64,000 nucleotides of DNA from Candidatus Bathyarchaeota archaeon (GTDB lineage: Archaea; Thermoproteota; Bathyarchaeia; Bathyarchaeales; Bathycorpusculaceae). Under the pieces are notes generated by a model. It made no database searches, was not told where the DNA came from, and worked only from the letters and a program-made list of their open reading frames with translations. The position numbers and the translations under genes were made by a program. Below are positions 42,321 through 52,514 of this stretch, piece after piece. The stretch covers positions 192,001 through 256,000 of the forward strand of contig CAVYHV010000006.1 of assembly GCA_963768425.1 (NCBI GenBank), in the 5' to 3' direction. Every line of letters begins with the position of its first letter. Position 1 is the stretch's first letter.

Positions 42321-43622
42321 GTGGAAACTATAATACAATTTAGAAAGTTCGTAATTTTAACTCAGGTGAACATTTTGAGAATCGGCTTTTTTGTTTATGA
42401 GTATCCGCCAGCAATTGTTGGTGGCTTAGGTACGTATGCTGAAAATATAACGCAGCAGTACATCGATATGGGACATGATGTTTCAGTCTTCACGTTAAAT
42501 GGTGGCAATCTAAAAACCAGAGAAATCATAAAAGGCGTAGAGGTTCATCGGCCTCTGATTGCTGACGCAAGCAACGTTTTTCCATTTTTCGTGGTTGACG
42601 ACTTAAAGAAATGGGGTACCAACATAAAATTCTTCAACGACATTTTTATTTACAATATTCTCAGCGCGACTAAATTCATTAACCGCTTGATAAAAAAAGA
42701 GAAGTACAATTTTGACGTTGTGTGCGTGCACGATTGGCTAAGCAGTATTTCTGGACTTGTGATAAAGAATGAAACTAAAATTCCGGTGGTCTTTCATGTG
42801 CACAGTACTGAATGGGGAAGAAGTCAGGGTCCAGGATCCGAAGTAGTGTCGCATCTTGAATATGCCATGGCTCAAGACTCAGATAGAGTGATCACTGTTA
42901 GCTACGCAATGCAGCAAGATCTAATAAAGCACGGGTGGTCGCCCTCAAAAATAAGCGTGGTTTGGAACGGCGTGGATTCAGAACGTTACAACATCGCAAA
43001 ATTCAATCCCGAAGACATCGCTGCAACTCGCGAAAAATATGGCGTCCCCAAAGACTGGAACATGCTTCTATTTGTTGGCAGACTTTCCTGGGTGAAGGGC
43101 GCAAAAAACCTTTTGTTGGCAATGCCCTCTGTTTTGAAGGAAAACCCTAACACCAAGCTCGTAATTCTGGGAACAGGAGAAGAACAAAACGTTATAGTGG
43201 AATTAGCGGAGAGGTTAAACATTAAGGACAACCTGGCGGTTCGCTTTGATTTTGTTCCAGAACCCGAGAGAATCATGCATTATGCTGCTTCTGACGTGTG
43301 CATTTTTCCCTCGTCCTACGAACCCTTCGGCATAGTTTGCCTAGAAGCTATGGCTATGGAAAAACCCGTTGTCGTGGGTGCACGTGGAGTAGTCGGTTTC
43401 AAAGAACAAGTTCTAAGCTCAGGTCCAGACCAGAACGGAGTGCATGTAAATGGCGAAGATCCCCTCGACATAGCTTGGGGCATAAACGAAACCCTGAAAA
43501 ATCCCGAAAAAGCCAGAAACTGGGGAGAAAACGGACGCAAAAGAGTAATCGAGTACTTCACATGGCAAAAGGTAGCAGACGAAACCATAAAAATCTACGA
43601 ATCACTAATCAAAAAAGAATAA
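42321..43622 (+). CDS. GT4 glycosyltransferase, probable glycogen synthase
   Basis: EYPPAIVGGLG, HDWL, HSTE, FVGRL and YEPFGIVCLEAM motifs; next to branching enzyme; true start probably ~42366-42375. Confidence 0.85.
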   Translation: METIIQFRKFVILTQVNILRIGFFVYEYPPAIVGGLGTYAENITQQYIDMGHDVSVFTLNGGNLKTREIIKGVEVHRPLIADASNVFPFFVVDDLKKWGTNIKFFNDIFIYNILSATKFINRLIKKEKYNFDVVCVHDWLSSISGLVIKNETKIPVVFHVHSTEWGRSQGPGSEVVSHLEYAMAQDSDRVITVSYAMQQDLIKHGWSPSKISVVWNGVDSERYNIAKFNPEDIAATREKYGVPKDWNMLLFVGRLSWVKGAKNLLLAMPSVLKENPNTKLVILGTGEEQNVIVELAERLNIKDNLAVRFDFVPEPERIMHYAASDVCIFPSSYEPFGIVCLEAMAMEKPVVVGARGVVGFKEQVLSSGPDQNGVHVNGEDPLDIAWGINETLKNPEKARNWGENGRKRVIEYFTWQKVADETIKIYESLIKKE

Positions 43623-43708
43623 ACACCGCCAAAACAATCGCGCGTTGCTTTAATAGACTAATAAGAATGTCTCATCTTAGAACTGATTAGAACACAAGGT
43701 ATGATTGT

Positions 43709-44005
43709 ATGCCTGTAACTATTGGTTCACTATTTAGACAAATTGTCAGAGACTTGAAAACCAAAGACACCAACCCAAACAGCTGCCTAAATAATCCAAA
43801 AAGCGACCTCTACAATCTAAACTACGACATCAACAACCCGAACAGCACAATCAACAATCAGTATAGTTGCATTAATGATGCGTCAAATAATGAAAAGAAC
43901 AAGGGACTGCGAAGAAATACGCTCAGAGAACTCATTCAAATGTATCTATCCGACTACCTATCGCCAGAACAAACAGAGAAGCTTGTTACAGAGTATATCC
44001 CCTGA
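43709..44005 (+). CDS. Hypothetical Asn-rich protein
   Basis: ATG ORF filling the gap between the glycogen genes. Confidence 0.45.
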   Translation: MPVTIGSLFRQIVRDLKTKDTNPNSCLNNPKSDLYNLNYDINNPNSTINNQYSCINDASNNEKNKGLRRNTLRELIQMYLSDYLSPEQTEKLVTEYIP

Positions 44006-44041
44006 ATCAATTAAACCATTTAAGCGGAATAATGTGTTTTG

Positions 44042-46060
44042 ATGAGCGGTCTTGAAAACCGATTAACTCGCCTGCTGAAAAGCGATTCGTATCTCGAACC
44101 GTTTTCTGATCAGATTCGACGCCGATTGGAAAATATTGAAGAAACAGAGCAACGCCTCACACAGCGTAAAATGAGCCTAACCGAGTTCGCGTCGGGCCAC
44201 GGATACTTCGGCTTACATTTCCAAAGAGGAAAATGGGTATTTCGCGAATGGGCGCCAAACGCAACAACGATCTTCCTAATAGGCGATATGAGTAACTGGC
44301 AAGAGAGCCGAGAGTTTGAGCTCCAAAAGATCAATGAATATGGTGTCTGGGAAATTCAACTGGCCGCCGACAAACTGAAACATGGCGACCTGTATCGACT
44401 CCGTATCCATTGGGCAGAAGGCGAAGGCGATCGCATTCCAGCATACGCCAGACGGGTTGTGCAAGATCCAAAAACATTGATTTTCAACGCCCAAGTATGG
44501 AAACCACCGCAGCCTTACTGTTGGAAAGAATCCAATTTCAAGCGATCAAAAGAGCCCCCAATTATTTACGAAGCCCATGTCGGTATGGCACAGCAAGAAG
44601 AAAAAATTGGGACCTTCCAAGAATTCACTCAGAATGTGCTTCCACGAATAGTCAACGCAGGCTACAACACATTGCAGTTAATGGCTATTCAGGAACATCC
44701 CTATTATGGTTCATTTGGGTACCAAGTGTCAAGCTTTTTCGCTGCTTCATCACGTTACGGGACACCTGAGGATTTGAAACTTCTAATCGACACTGCTCAC
44801 GCCAAAGGGCTTACCGTCTGCATGGATCTAATCCACTCCCACTCGGTGTCCAACGAGGTGGAAGGGTTGAGTCGCTTTGACGGGACACCATTTCAATATT
44901 TTCATAGCGGCCCACGAGGAATGCATCCGGCTTGGGATTCACGTGTCTTTGATTACGGCAAGCCTCAGGTTCTACATTTTTTACTTTCCAATTGCCGATA
45001 CTGGCTTGATGAATTCCACTTTGACGGTTTTAGGTTTGACGGCGTCACCAGCATGATTTACCTCGAACATGGTCTTAAAAGAGTGTTCACTTCATACAAC
45101 GATTACTTTGACGGCAGCTTGGATGAGGATGCCCTTACCTATTTGGCTCTTGCCAACAAGGTGATTCATGACGTACGCCCCGACGCCATAACCATAGCTG
45201 AAGATGTCAGCGGCATGCCAGGTTTAGCCGTTCCCCATTCAAATGGCGGCTTCGGTTTTGATTATCGCTTCTCAATGGGAGTGCCTGATTACTGGATCCG
45301 TTTGATAAGTGATTACAGAGATGATGACTGGCCTATCGGGCATCTTTGGTTCGAACTGACTAACCGTAGATCCGATGAGAAAACCATTAGTTATGCGGAA
45401 TCTCACGACCAAGCACTGGTGGGAGATCAAACACTTATTTTCCGACTGATCGGCCAAGACATGTACAATCACATGGCGCTTGATGATGACAACGCTAAAG
45501 TCGCCCGCGGAATAGCACTGCACAAAATGATTCGCCTAATAACTCTGGGCACGGCCAACAACGGTTACCTGAACTTTATGGGCAACGAATTTGGCCACCC
45601 CGACTGGATAGATTTTCCCCGCGAAGGAAACAACTGGTCATTCAAACATGCACGGCGACTGTGGCACCTCGCAGATGACCCCAACCTAAAATATCATTTA
45701 TTAGCATTATTCGACCGCGACATGATTGACCTTACCAAAAAGCAACAGCTGCTTGACACACCAGACCTCCAACTTCTGCACGAGGATTCAACAAAAAAAA
45801 TAATCATTTTCAAGAGGGCAGATTTGATTTTTGCCTTCAATTTTAATCCCAGCCAATCCTTCAATAATTACCGATTTGAAGCCCCTCCCGGAAAATACCA
45901 AATGATTCTAGACAGTGACGCACCAAAATACGGTGGATACGGGCGGTTAGATCCCCAGCAAACCCACTTTACTATCTTTGAAAATGCCGAAGGAAAAAAG
46001 CAAAATATGCTAAGCCTATATCTGCCAGCACGCTCCGCTTTTATCCTATGCCCGACATAG
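44042..46060 (+). CDS. glgB: 1,4-alpha-glucan branching enzyme (GH13)
   Basis: FREWAPNA, IYEAHVGM, HPYYGSFGYQV, FRFDGVTSM, AEDVSG, YAESHDQ and FMGNEFGHP motifs. Confidence 0.93.
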   Translation: MSGLENRLTRLLKSDSYLEPFSDQIRRRLENIEETEQRLTQRKMSLTEFASGHGYFGLHFQRGKWVFREWAPNATTIFLIGDMSNWQESREFELQKINEYGVWEIQLAADKLKHGDLYRLRIHWAEGEGDRIPAYARRVVQDPKTLIFNAQVWKPPQPYCWKESNFKRSKEPPIIYEAHVGMAQQEEKIGTFQEFTQNVLPRIVNAGYNTLQLMAIQEHPYYGSFGYQVSSFFAASSRYGTPEDLKLLIDTAHAKGLTVCMDLIHSHSVSNEVEGLSRFDGTPFQYFHSGPRGMHPAWDSRVFDYGKPQVLHFLLSNCRYWLDEFHFDGFRFDGVTSMIYLEHGLKRVFTSYNDYFDGSLDEDALTYLALANKVIHDVRPDAITIAEDVSGMPGLAVPHSNGGFGFDYRFSMGVPDYWIRLISDYRDDDWPIGHLWFELTNRRSDEKTISYAESHDQALVGDQTLIFRLIGQDMYNHMALDDDNAKVARGIALHKMIRLITLGTANNGYLNFMGNEFGHPDWIDFPREGNNWSFKHARRLWHLADDPNLKYHLLALFDRDMIDLTKKQQLLDTPDLQLLHEDSTKKIIIFKRADLIFAFNFNPSQSFNNYRFEAPPGKYQMILDSDAPKYGGYGRLDPQQTHFTIFENAEGKKQNMLSLYLPARSAFILCPT

Positions 46061-46323
46061 AGGCTTCCTTTTAGGCTTCCAATCCCTCATTTGGTCAATC
46101 ATCGTTTTTAGTTATGCAATGCTGCTTTTTCCAGAACCGCTCCCTGAGGAATCAAACATAGTTCAAGCCCCATTTTGGGTATGCGAAAATACTTCCTTGT
46201 ACTCAACCTATAAAGAATTCAGATCCCAAATCAAAAAGGCAACCGAAAACACAAAGAAAAAATTTTGTTCAGAAACCATCGGCTTGCCTTCTATATGCTT
46301 CTGTCGTGAGATTTTCCGGAGAC

Positions 46324-46403
46324 TATTTTAGCGTATTTTAGCGTATTATAGCGTATTATAGCGTATTATAGCGTTTTTTAGCTTAAAATAGCATATTTTA
46401 GCT
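46324..46403. repeat. 10-bp tandem repeat (TATT[A/T]TAGCG), about 8 units
   Basis: Read directly; followed by CAGTTGCAACCAA. Confidence 0.9.
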
Positions 46404-46621
46404 TACAGTTGCAACCAATCTAAGCTCCAAACCAAAAAACCAACCCAAAACACAAAGAAAAATTCCGACGAGAAAATCGCATCGAAATTGAACCTGACCT
46501 TAGCAGACCGACCACAAACTCTTGCACATTATTGGACACACACCAATTTTAACATCCACGTTACATTAAGTAATGTCATGTTATCTTGTATTGTATCGTG
46601 TAATTGCTATGAGGATGTTGC

Positions 46622-46858
46622 ATGGTAAAAAATGTGATTGATTTGGGTGAAAGGGAAAGTCGAGTAATCAATATTGTCAAGGCAAAATATGGTCTTAAGG
46701 ATAAGAGCCAGGCTTTGAGCGTGATAATTAAGCGTTATGAAGAATGTGAGCTTGAACCTCAACTGCGCCCCGAATTTGTTAAAGAGATAGAGTAAACTGT
46801 GAAAAACGGCAAATTCGTTAAAGTTAAGGATTTTGCGGCAGAGTCCGGCTTAAAGTGA
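46622..46858 (+). pseudogene. DUF2683-family antitoxin with premature TAA (46793), followed by a truncated RelE-like start
   Basis: MVKNVIDLGERESRVINIVKAKYGLKDKSQAL...LEPQLRPEF; downstream TTG-YSLEIEE cut off at ~46890. Confidence 0.7.
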
Positions 46859-46948
46859 TTGCTTGTACAGTCTGGAAATCGAGGAAAGAGGTTTCTATTA
46901 GATATCTATTTTAGGTAAGAATGTAAGATTATATTCGGGGTAATGTGA

Positions 46949-47248
46949 ATGGCTCAAAATGAAAAGGCCGAACTTACGATTCTTAGTGAAAAAGGCCAAG
47001 TCGTTATACCCGCAAAAGTAAGGTCCCGAATGGGTCTAAAACCTAAAACGAAATTTCTAGTGTATGAATGCGAAGACTCGGTAATACTGAAGAAATTTGA
47101 GGAGCCTGACTTATCGAAAGAGATTGAAGCTATGTACAAAAGAGTCGATGAAAGAATAGCGAAATATGGCGAGCTCTCAAACGATGAGATAAACGAAATA
47201 ATCCATGAATACAGAAAAGAGAAGGCTGCAAGGGCTAAAGAAGCATAG
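46949..47248 (+). CDS. AbrB/MazE-family antitoxin, orphan (intact paralog of the IS-disrupted gene)
   Basis: LSEKGQVVIPAKVRSRMGLKP. Confidence 0.9.
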   Translation: MAQNEKAELTILSEKGQVVIPAKVRSRMGLKPKTKFLVYECEDSVILKKFEEPDLSKEIEAMYKRVDERIAKYGELSNDEINEIIHEYRKEKAARAKEA

Positions 47249-47262
47249 GAACAGTATACGCC

Positions 47263-47330
47263 GTAGTTGTCGTGGTAGCTTTCTTGGGTTCCCAAACTTA
47301 GACGTTTCCGTTTGGCGTTGTTTTGCAGCC
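47263..47330 (-). pseudogene. Decayed terminase large-subunit fragment
   Basis: Aligns by eye to 28371-28436 (GTCGTGGTAGC...ACGTTTCCG...GTTGTTTTG). Confidence 0.6.
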
Positions 47331-47447
47331 TCTACAAAAATTCCCAAACAGCTCAAAGCAAAATGAGAATCCTCAAAATCAAACCATCAGACTAATGCGA
47401 AAGCCATAGAAGATGAAGTAAGGGGGGGAAGGAAGCTGGGTTATTCT

Positions 47448-47704
47448 TCAAATAAGCTCGTTGAACTCATCAACCGAAAGATCAACTTCTTTGATAATAG
47501 TTCTCAACATTCCCTTTCCTATAGGTTTGTGTGCTGGAACAACCGCCATAATCTCGTTTTTTCTGCAACCAAACAAAGAATTATATTTCTCTTTTTCAGA
47601 AAGGCGCATGACAATATGACTACCTTTCTGGTTGTTAACAACATAGCCTATATTTGTCAGAGCTTGACTACCTTTTCATAGTCTACCGGAGTTAATTTAG
47701 ACAC
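47448..47704 (-). pseudogene. hicA: HicA toxin, full length with one frameshift (absent from ORF track)
   Basis: MSKLTPVDYEKVVK|ALTNIGYVVNNQKGSHIVMR...VVPAHKPIGKGMLRTIIKEVDLSVDEFNELI*. Confidence 0.8.
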
Positions 47705-47900
47705 TGACTTGCACCGATTCGATGGGTACTGGATCGCCATGTTCCTTTAGAGCTTCAAGATATGCTTGGATTGCTTCTTTGACGTTTTTCATTAGTTCTT
47801 CTCTTGTTCTGCCTTCGGTGGCACAGCCTGGTAAATCAGGAACTTTTGCGACAAGAACGCCATCTTCGTCCTTTTCGATAATTACCCTGTACTGAAGCAT
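47697..47900 (-). CDS. hicB: HicB-family antitoxin (duplicate)
   Basis: Protein identical to 38825..39028; DNA 47521-48010 duplicates ~38650-39139. Confidence 0.9.
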   Translation of the reverse strand: MLQYRVIIEKDEDGVLVAKVPDLPGCATEGRTREELMKNVKEAIQAYLEALKEHGDPVPIESVQVSV

Positions 47901-48158
47901 ATGTTTTCATGCGTCTTGGAAATTCTTAAGCCTTCGCTTTCTAAAACCCAATTCTTCCCTTTGAAAAATGTTGTTAAACTTTAGCAAACACTTGTATCGC
48001 TCAACGCCTGTTGCCAGTATTCTTCGCCGGGAGATACAAGAACTATTGTTCTGGGTGTTACTGTGAACTTAGTCATTCAAAACATGAACAGCTAAAAATA
48101 GTTGTCCTTGGCTTTTGCCCAAATTAAAGAATGGCTTTTATAATCATTAAGTTGATTT

Positions 48159-49445
48159 ATGGCAGAACATAAATTGCCAATAGAATACGTTTGCAGAAAA
48201 TGCAACAAAATCTATTCGAACCAAGAGTACGAGCAGAGCAGGTTTTGCAGGGTTTGTGGTTCTTTTCTTTTGCGCAATTTTAGGGATGACGGTTATGCGG
48301 AGATGTTGGCTCAAAAAAGCTTTAGCAACCGAGCTTCAGCATCTGCCGTAAACGGTTTTTACAAAGAAAAAATCGCTTTGACACGGGCAGCTGAAAGCCT
48401 AAGCGAAAGAATAGCTCGTACAAAAGAATATGAGGTAATCTCTGAAACAGAAAAAACCGTTGAACACCGTGCTGAATCGGCGGTTGAAAGCTGGATTTGG
48501 AGCAGCGAATACGACGAGGCACTCAAACTTGAAAAGAAACTCATCCAACAATACGAAGGAAAAAACCTCCATGACGCCATAACTGGAGAAGTCGTCTCAA
48601 ACCAACAAGGCGAGTGCTACCAAATCTCAGCCTCATGCACGTCTAAATTCAAAAAGGCAACTTATCACGAAAGCAAACAACAAATAATCTCTGATCTGAA
48701 AGCTCTTCCAGGAATAGGACCAGCACGCGAACAAACCCTAAAACAGCAGGGCTACAAAACCATCGAAGACCTTGAAAATCATCCCCTTTGGAAAAAACAA
48801 GCCCATGCCTTCATGAAAATAATAGATAAAAAAGAAGTCCCCCTGATTCAAAAATGGCTTTGGCAACGCTTTCCAAAATCGCATCCGCTGCTTCATTATT
48901 TAGCTGGTTTCTGCCAAGATCAAGACTTCGCCATCGTAGACATCGAAACTTTGGGGCTCTCAGAGCGACCCATAATTCTGCTTGGCGTAGCCAAACCAAC
49001 CCAAACTCATGTTTGTACAAGCCAGTTTTTGCTAAGAGATATTCAAGATGAACCCAGTGCCATTTGGGCTCTTGTTTCGCAGCTTGAACCCAACTTGTCA
49101 CTTATAACTTATAACGGCAGAAGCTTTGACATTCCATACATCAAGCAAAGGTTAGCTTATTACGGCTTAGATGCGCCGCTGGATAACCCGCATTTTGATG
49201 TTCTCCACTTCACCAGAAGGGCACTGCGCCACAAATTGTCGGATTGCAAACTGGAAACCGTGGAAAAATATATCGGAATAAAAAGAGATATCAACATTCC
49301 AGGCGCGTTAGTTCCCCACTTCTACGAAACTTACTTGAGAACCAAAAATGCAGGACCGCTAGTCGCCATAGTTGAGCACAACAGGCAAGACCTGCTAACA
49401 CTTGGAACATTATTCTCCAAGCTTTATGAGGAATGGAACCTTTGA
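48159..49445 (+). CDS. YprB/MrfB-like RNase H-fold exonuclease with N-terminal zinc ribbon and HhH
   Basis: CRKC..CRVC, LPGIGP, DIETLGL, TYNGRSFD and HNRQD motifs. Confidence 0.85.
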   Translation: MAEHKLPIEYVCRKCNKIYSNQEYEQSRFCRVCGSFLLRNFRDDGYAEMLAQKSFSNRASASAVNGFYKEKIALTRAAESLSERIARTKEYEVISETEKTVEHRAESAVESWIWSSEYDEALKLEKKLIQQYEGKNLHDAITGEVVSNQQGECYQISASCTSKFKKATYHESKQQIISDLKALPGIGPAREQTLKQQGYKTIEDLENHPLWKKQAHAFMKIIDKKEVPLIQKWLWQRFPKSHPLLHYLAGFCQDQDFAIVDIETLGLSERPIILLGVAKPTQTHVCTSQFLLRDIQDEPSAIWALVSQLEPNLSLITYNGRSFDIPYIKQRLAYYGLDAPLDNPHFDVLHFTRRALRHKLSDCKLETVEKYIGIKRDINIPGALVPHFYETYLRTKNAGPLVAIVEHNRQDLLTLGTLFSKLYEEWNL

Positions 49446-51718
49446 TAGAAGACTTTATTCAAAGCATAAAGCATATGCAAGGCTACAAGAGACAGATTGT
49501 GCATATACAAGAGATTCCTCCGCAGGAAGCATGTTTTGGTGAGTTGGAGAAATCCTTGCCGCCAAACATTCAAAATTGCTTATTGACAAGGGGCATTCAT
49601 CTTTATTCGCATCAGGCTGAAGCAATAAACAAGGCGAGGGCGGGCAAGAATGTGGCGATTGTTACTCCGACCGCTTCAGGAAAAACCTTGGCGTTTAACA
49701 TTCCTGTTTTGGAAGCTCTTGCAAAAGACCCCAAAGCAACTGCGCTTTATCTTTACCCGACTAAGGCGCTAACAAATGATCAGCTTAAGGTTTTGAGAGA
49801 ACTAGAAAAGGAAACGGGAATTCAAGCTTTCCCCAACGTTTACGATGGTGATACTCCTCAAAGTCAAAGGGCAAGCATCAGAGAAAACAGTAAAATCATC
49901 TTAAGCAACCCGTATGGGCTCCACCAGTATCTTCCATGGCATTATAAGTGGCGAAGCTTTCTTGGAAACCTCAAATTCGTAATAATCGATGAAGCCCACG
50001 TTTACCGCGGCGTATTTGGCTCAAACGTGGCTATGCTTCTGAGGCGGCTCATGAGAGTTTGCAATTATTACCACGCAGACCCACAAATCATCCTCTCGTC
50101 AGCCACCATCGCAAACCCCGAAGAGCACGCCAAGAAACTGACTGGAAAAGACTTCGAAATCGTCTCAAACGATGGCGCCCCAAGAGGAAAAAAATCATTC
50201 CTATTCTGGAACCCACCATTCATCGACGACGCCAACACCACACGCAGATCCACCCATCAAGAAACCAAAGACCTCCTAACCCTCAATATCACAAAAAACC
50301 TCCAAACCCTCTGCTTCACAACATCACGCCAAATGGCTGAGCTTATAACAAGATGGACAAAAGAGGACCTCAAAAAAAGATCGCCAAAACTGGTAAATTC
50401 GGTTACCGCTTACAGAGCTGGCTATCTGCCTCAGGAACGACGTGAAATAGAGAACAGGCTAAAAACAAAAAGCTTAATTGGAGTTGTCTCAACTAACGCG
50501 CTCGAGTTGGGAATCGATATTGGTTCTTTGGATTCAGTGATTATTTCCGGTTACCCGGGAACTGTCATATCAACTTGGCAGCAGGCGGGAAGAGCCGGCA
50601 GAACCAACGCGGATTCGCTTGTAACGTTAGTTGCTTTTCAAAACCCGATTGACCAATACTTCATGAAGCATCCGAAAGACTTCTTTGGAAGGCCACATGA
50701 GCAAGCCATCATTGATCTGCATAATCGCTACATTTCTTTGGGGCACATTATGTGTGCGGCAAGCGAACTGCCCCTAACAGAGGGAGACAAAAAATATTTC
50801 CCAGAACTATTCGAAGAGAGTGTCCAAGCTCTTGAACAACAAAACCTGGTCCGCAAAACGCCCAGGGGCTATGTGTATTCGGGGACGGCAAGACCTGTCG
50901 AAGTTGTAACGTTGGAGAGCATCTCCGACAAAACCGTCACCGTAACATGCAACGGAAACATACTTGAAACCCTCACACTGAACAAAGCCTACGAAGAAGC
51001 ACATGCAGGCGCAGTCCTGCTTCATCAAGGCGAAACATACATCTCAGAAGAATTAGACCTCAACCAATTGACCGCCAAAGTCACACAGGAAAACGTCAAC
51101 TACTACACAGAAGCACTGAAAACCGTTGACGTCGCCATAAAGAAAACTCTTGAAGAAAAACAAATCGGCATCCAAGTTGGCTTAGGAGAATTAATTACAA
51201 CGGAATTTTACCATACTTACGTTACCAAATCGTATGATGAGGTTGTTGAGAGAAAACCGCTTAGTCTCCCGCCTTTATCGTTTTCAACTGTTGGCATGTG
51301 GTTTATTATTCCAGAGGAGATCAAGAAGGAAATCGAAGATAGCGGGCTCGATTTTGACGGGGGAATACATGCGGCGGAACATGCGATGATTGCTATGTCG
51401 CCGATTTTTGCGATGTGTGATCGATGGGATATCGGTGGAATGTCGACTCCTCTGCATCCGGATACAGGAGAACCCACAATTTTCATTTATGACGGCTTTG
51501 AAGGCGGGATTGGAATTTCAGAAAACCTCTACCAAAACATAAAACCCCTTTTGGAAAAAACCTTAGAGCTGATCGATAAATGTGAATGCAAAGACGGTTG
51601 CCCCTCATGCATCTACTCGCCAAAATGCGGAAACGAAAACAAGCCCTTAGACAAGAAAGCAGCAAGCATAATTCTGCAAAGAATTTTGAGTATGGTAAAC
51701 CGAAAAACAATAGCGTGA
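49433..51718 (+). CDS. DEAD/DEAH helicase with DUF1998 zinc domain (YprA/MrfA/Hrq1 family)
   Basis: LYSHQ, TASGKT, DEAH, SAT, QQAGRAGR and CECKDGCPSC motifs. Confidence 0.93.
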   Translation: MEPLIEDFIQSIKHMQGYKRQIVHIQEIPPQEACFGELEKSLPPNIQNCLLTRGIHLYSHQAEAINKARAGKNVAIVTPTASGKTLAFNIPVLEALAKDPKATALYLYPTKALTNDQLKVLRELEKETGIQAFPNVYDGDTPQSQRASIRENSKIILSNPYGLHQYLPWHYKWRSFLGNLKFVIIDEAHVYRGVFGSNVAMLLRRLMRVCNYYHADPQIILSSATIANPEEHAKKLTGKDFEIVSNDGAPRGKKSFLFWNPPFIDDANTTRRSTHQETKDLLTLNITKNLQTLCFTTSRQMAELITRWTKEDLKKRSPKLVNSVTAYRAGYLPQERREIENRLKTKSLIGVVSTNALELGIDIGSLDSVIISGYPGTVISTWQQAGRAGRTNADSLVTLVAFQNPIDQYFMKHPKDFFGRPHEQAIIDLHNRYISLGHIMCAASELPLTEGDKKYFPELFEESVQALEQQNLVRKTPRGYVYSGTARPVEVVTLESISDKTVTVTCNGNILETLTLNKAYEEAHAGAVLLHQGETYISEELDLNQLTAKVTQENVNYYTEALKTVDVAIKKTLEEKQIGIQVGLGELITTEFYHTYVTKSYDEVVERKPLSLPPLSFSTVGMWFIIPEEIKKEIEDSGLDFDGGIHAAEHAMIAMSPIFAMCDRWDIGGMSTPLHPDTGEPTIFIYDGFEGGIGISENLYQNIKPLLEKTLELIDKCECKDGCPSCIYSPKCGNENKPLDKKAASIILQRILSMVNRKTIA

Positions 51719-51898
51719 TCAAAAATCAGCGTTGGATTGTTTAGTAGAGGAAGATTAGGCTGGCAAGGACTCCGAGCTATTGCGAAAGGTTTCTAACCCA
51801 GCCAACTATCATGTTAGTTTTGAGGAGAATAGCCAACGAGCAATGTTTGCACATGTAAAGCACGTTTTGGCGATACTCTTTGCTAGAAGGCGAAAAAC

Positions 51899-52309
51899 AT
51901 GGAAGATAGTTTCGATGTTAATTTCTGTAAAGTGCTTGTTAAGAAACCTACCTCAGATAGTACTAGTTTTGAACAATATGAAGAGCCTTTGATAGATGTT
52001 ATCGACGAAGAAGACAATGTTAGGCTTTTGGTTCAATGCAGATGTCAAGAAGAACAAGTTAGTATTCACGTGAACAAGGAACAAGGTGGAATAACAGTTT
52101 GCAAGGAACAGTGCCATATCAAGAAAGAATCAGAAATAGTCGTTTGCGGTGACGTGTGCACCAGAAATATTCCTTTAAACCTAAAAGATCTGCAACTGGA
52201 AGACATGCAGTTCATCGTATCTCAGTGCAACAACAACAATGTCCTTGAAATAACAATCCCAAAAATAAACACAAAGCCAACGACGAACGCTAAGCAATTA
52301 AACCCTTAA
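51899..52309 (+). CDS. Hsp20/alpha-crystallin-like protein
   Basis: EPLIDVIDEEDNVRLLV...NNNVLEITIPK. Confidence 0.65.
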   Translation: MEDSFDVNFCKVLVKKPTSDSTSFEQYEEPLIDVIDEEDNVRLLVQCRCQEEQVSIHVNKEQGGITVCKEQCHIKKESEIVVCGDVCTRNIPLNLKDLQLEDMQFIVSQCNNNNVLEITIPKINTKPTTNAKQLNP

Positions 52310-52514
52310 GGCTTCATTTGGCTAAGTTTTCTCTTCTTTCTCTTTTCTTTAGTTTCTTTGAGTTTGTCGATCTCCATTTTATTTGTTCCAAAACTGCCGT
52401 CAGTCTTTGTTTTCTGCGCTCCAGCGTTTCCAGGACCTGCTCCTTGCTTGGCTAAGCCATAGGTTCCCGGTACGTGGTTTCTCACGGTTGCTGCGACGCT
52501 GTTCGGCAGCTGAG

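Noticed and set aside
34347-51718. UvrD-nuclease and YprA/YprB helicase-exonuclease as novel defence systems
   Set aside because: Both match well-known DNA-repair architectures (AddA/AdnA-like; MrfAB-like) and lack the partner genes of DISARM-type systems
52306-52470. Short minus-strand coiled-coil frame with in-frame TAG (MA*PSKEQVLETLERRKQRL) as amber read-through
   Set aside because: Also frameshifted and fragmentary, and no pyrrolysine machinery is seen in the window; more likely a gene remnant
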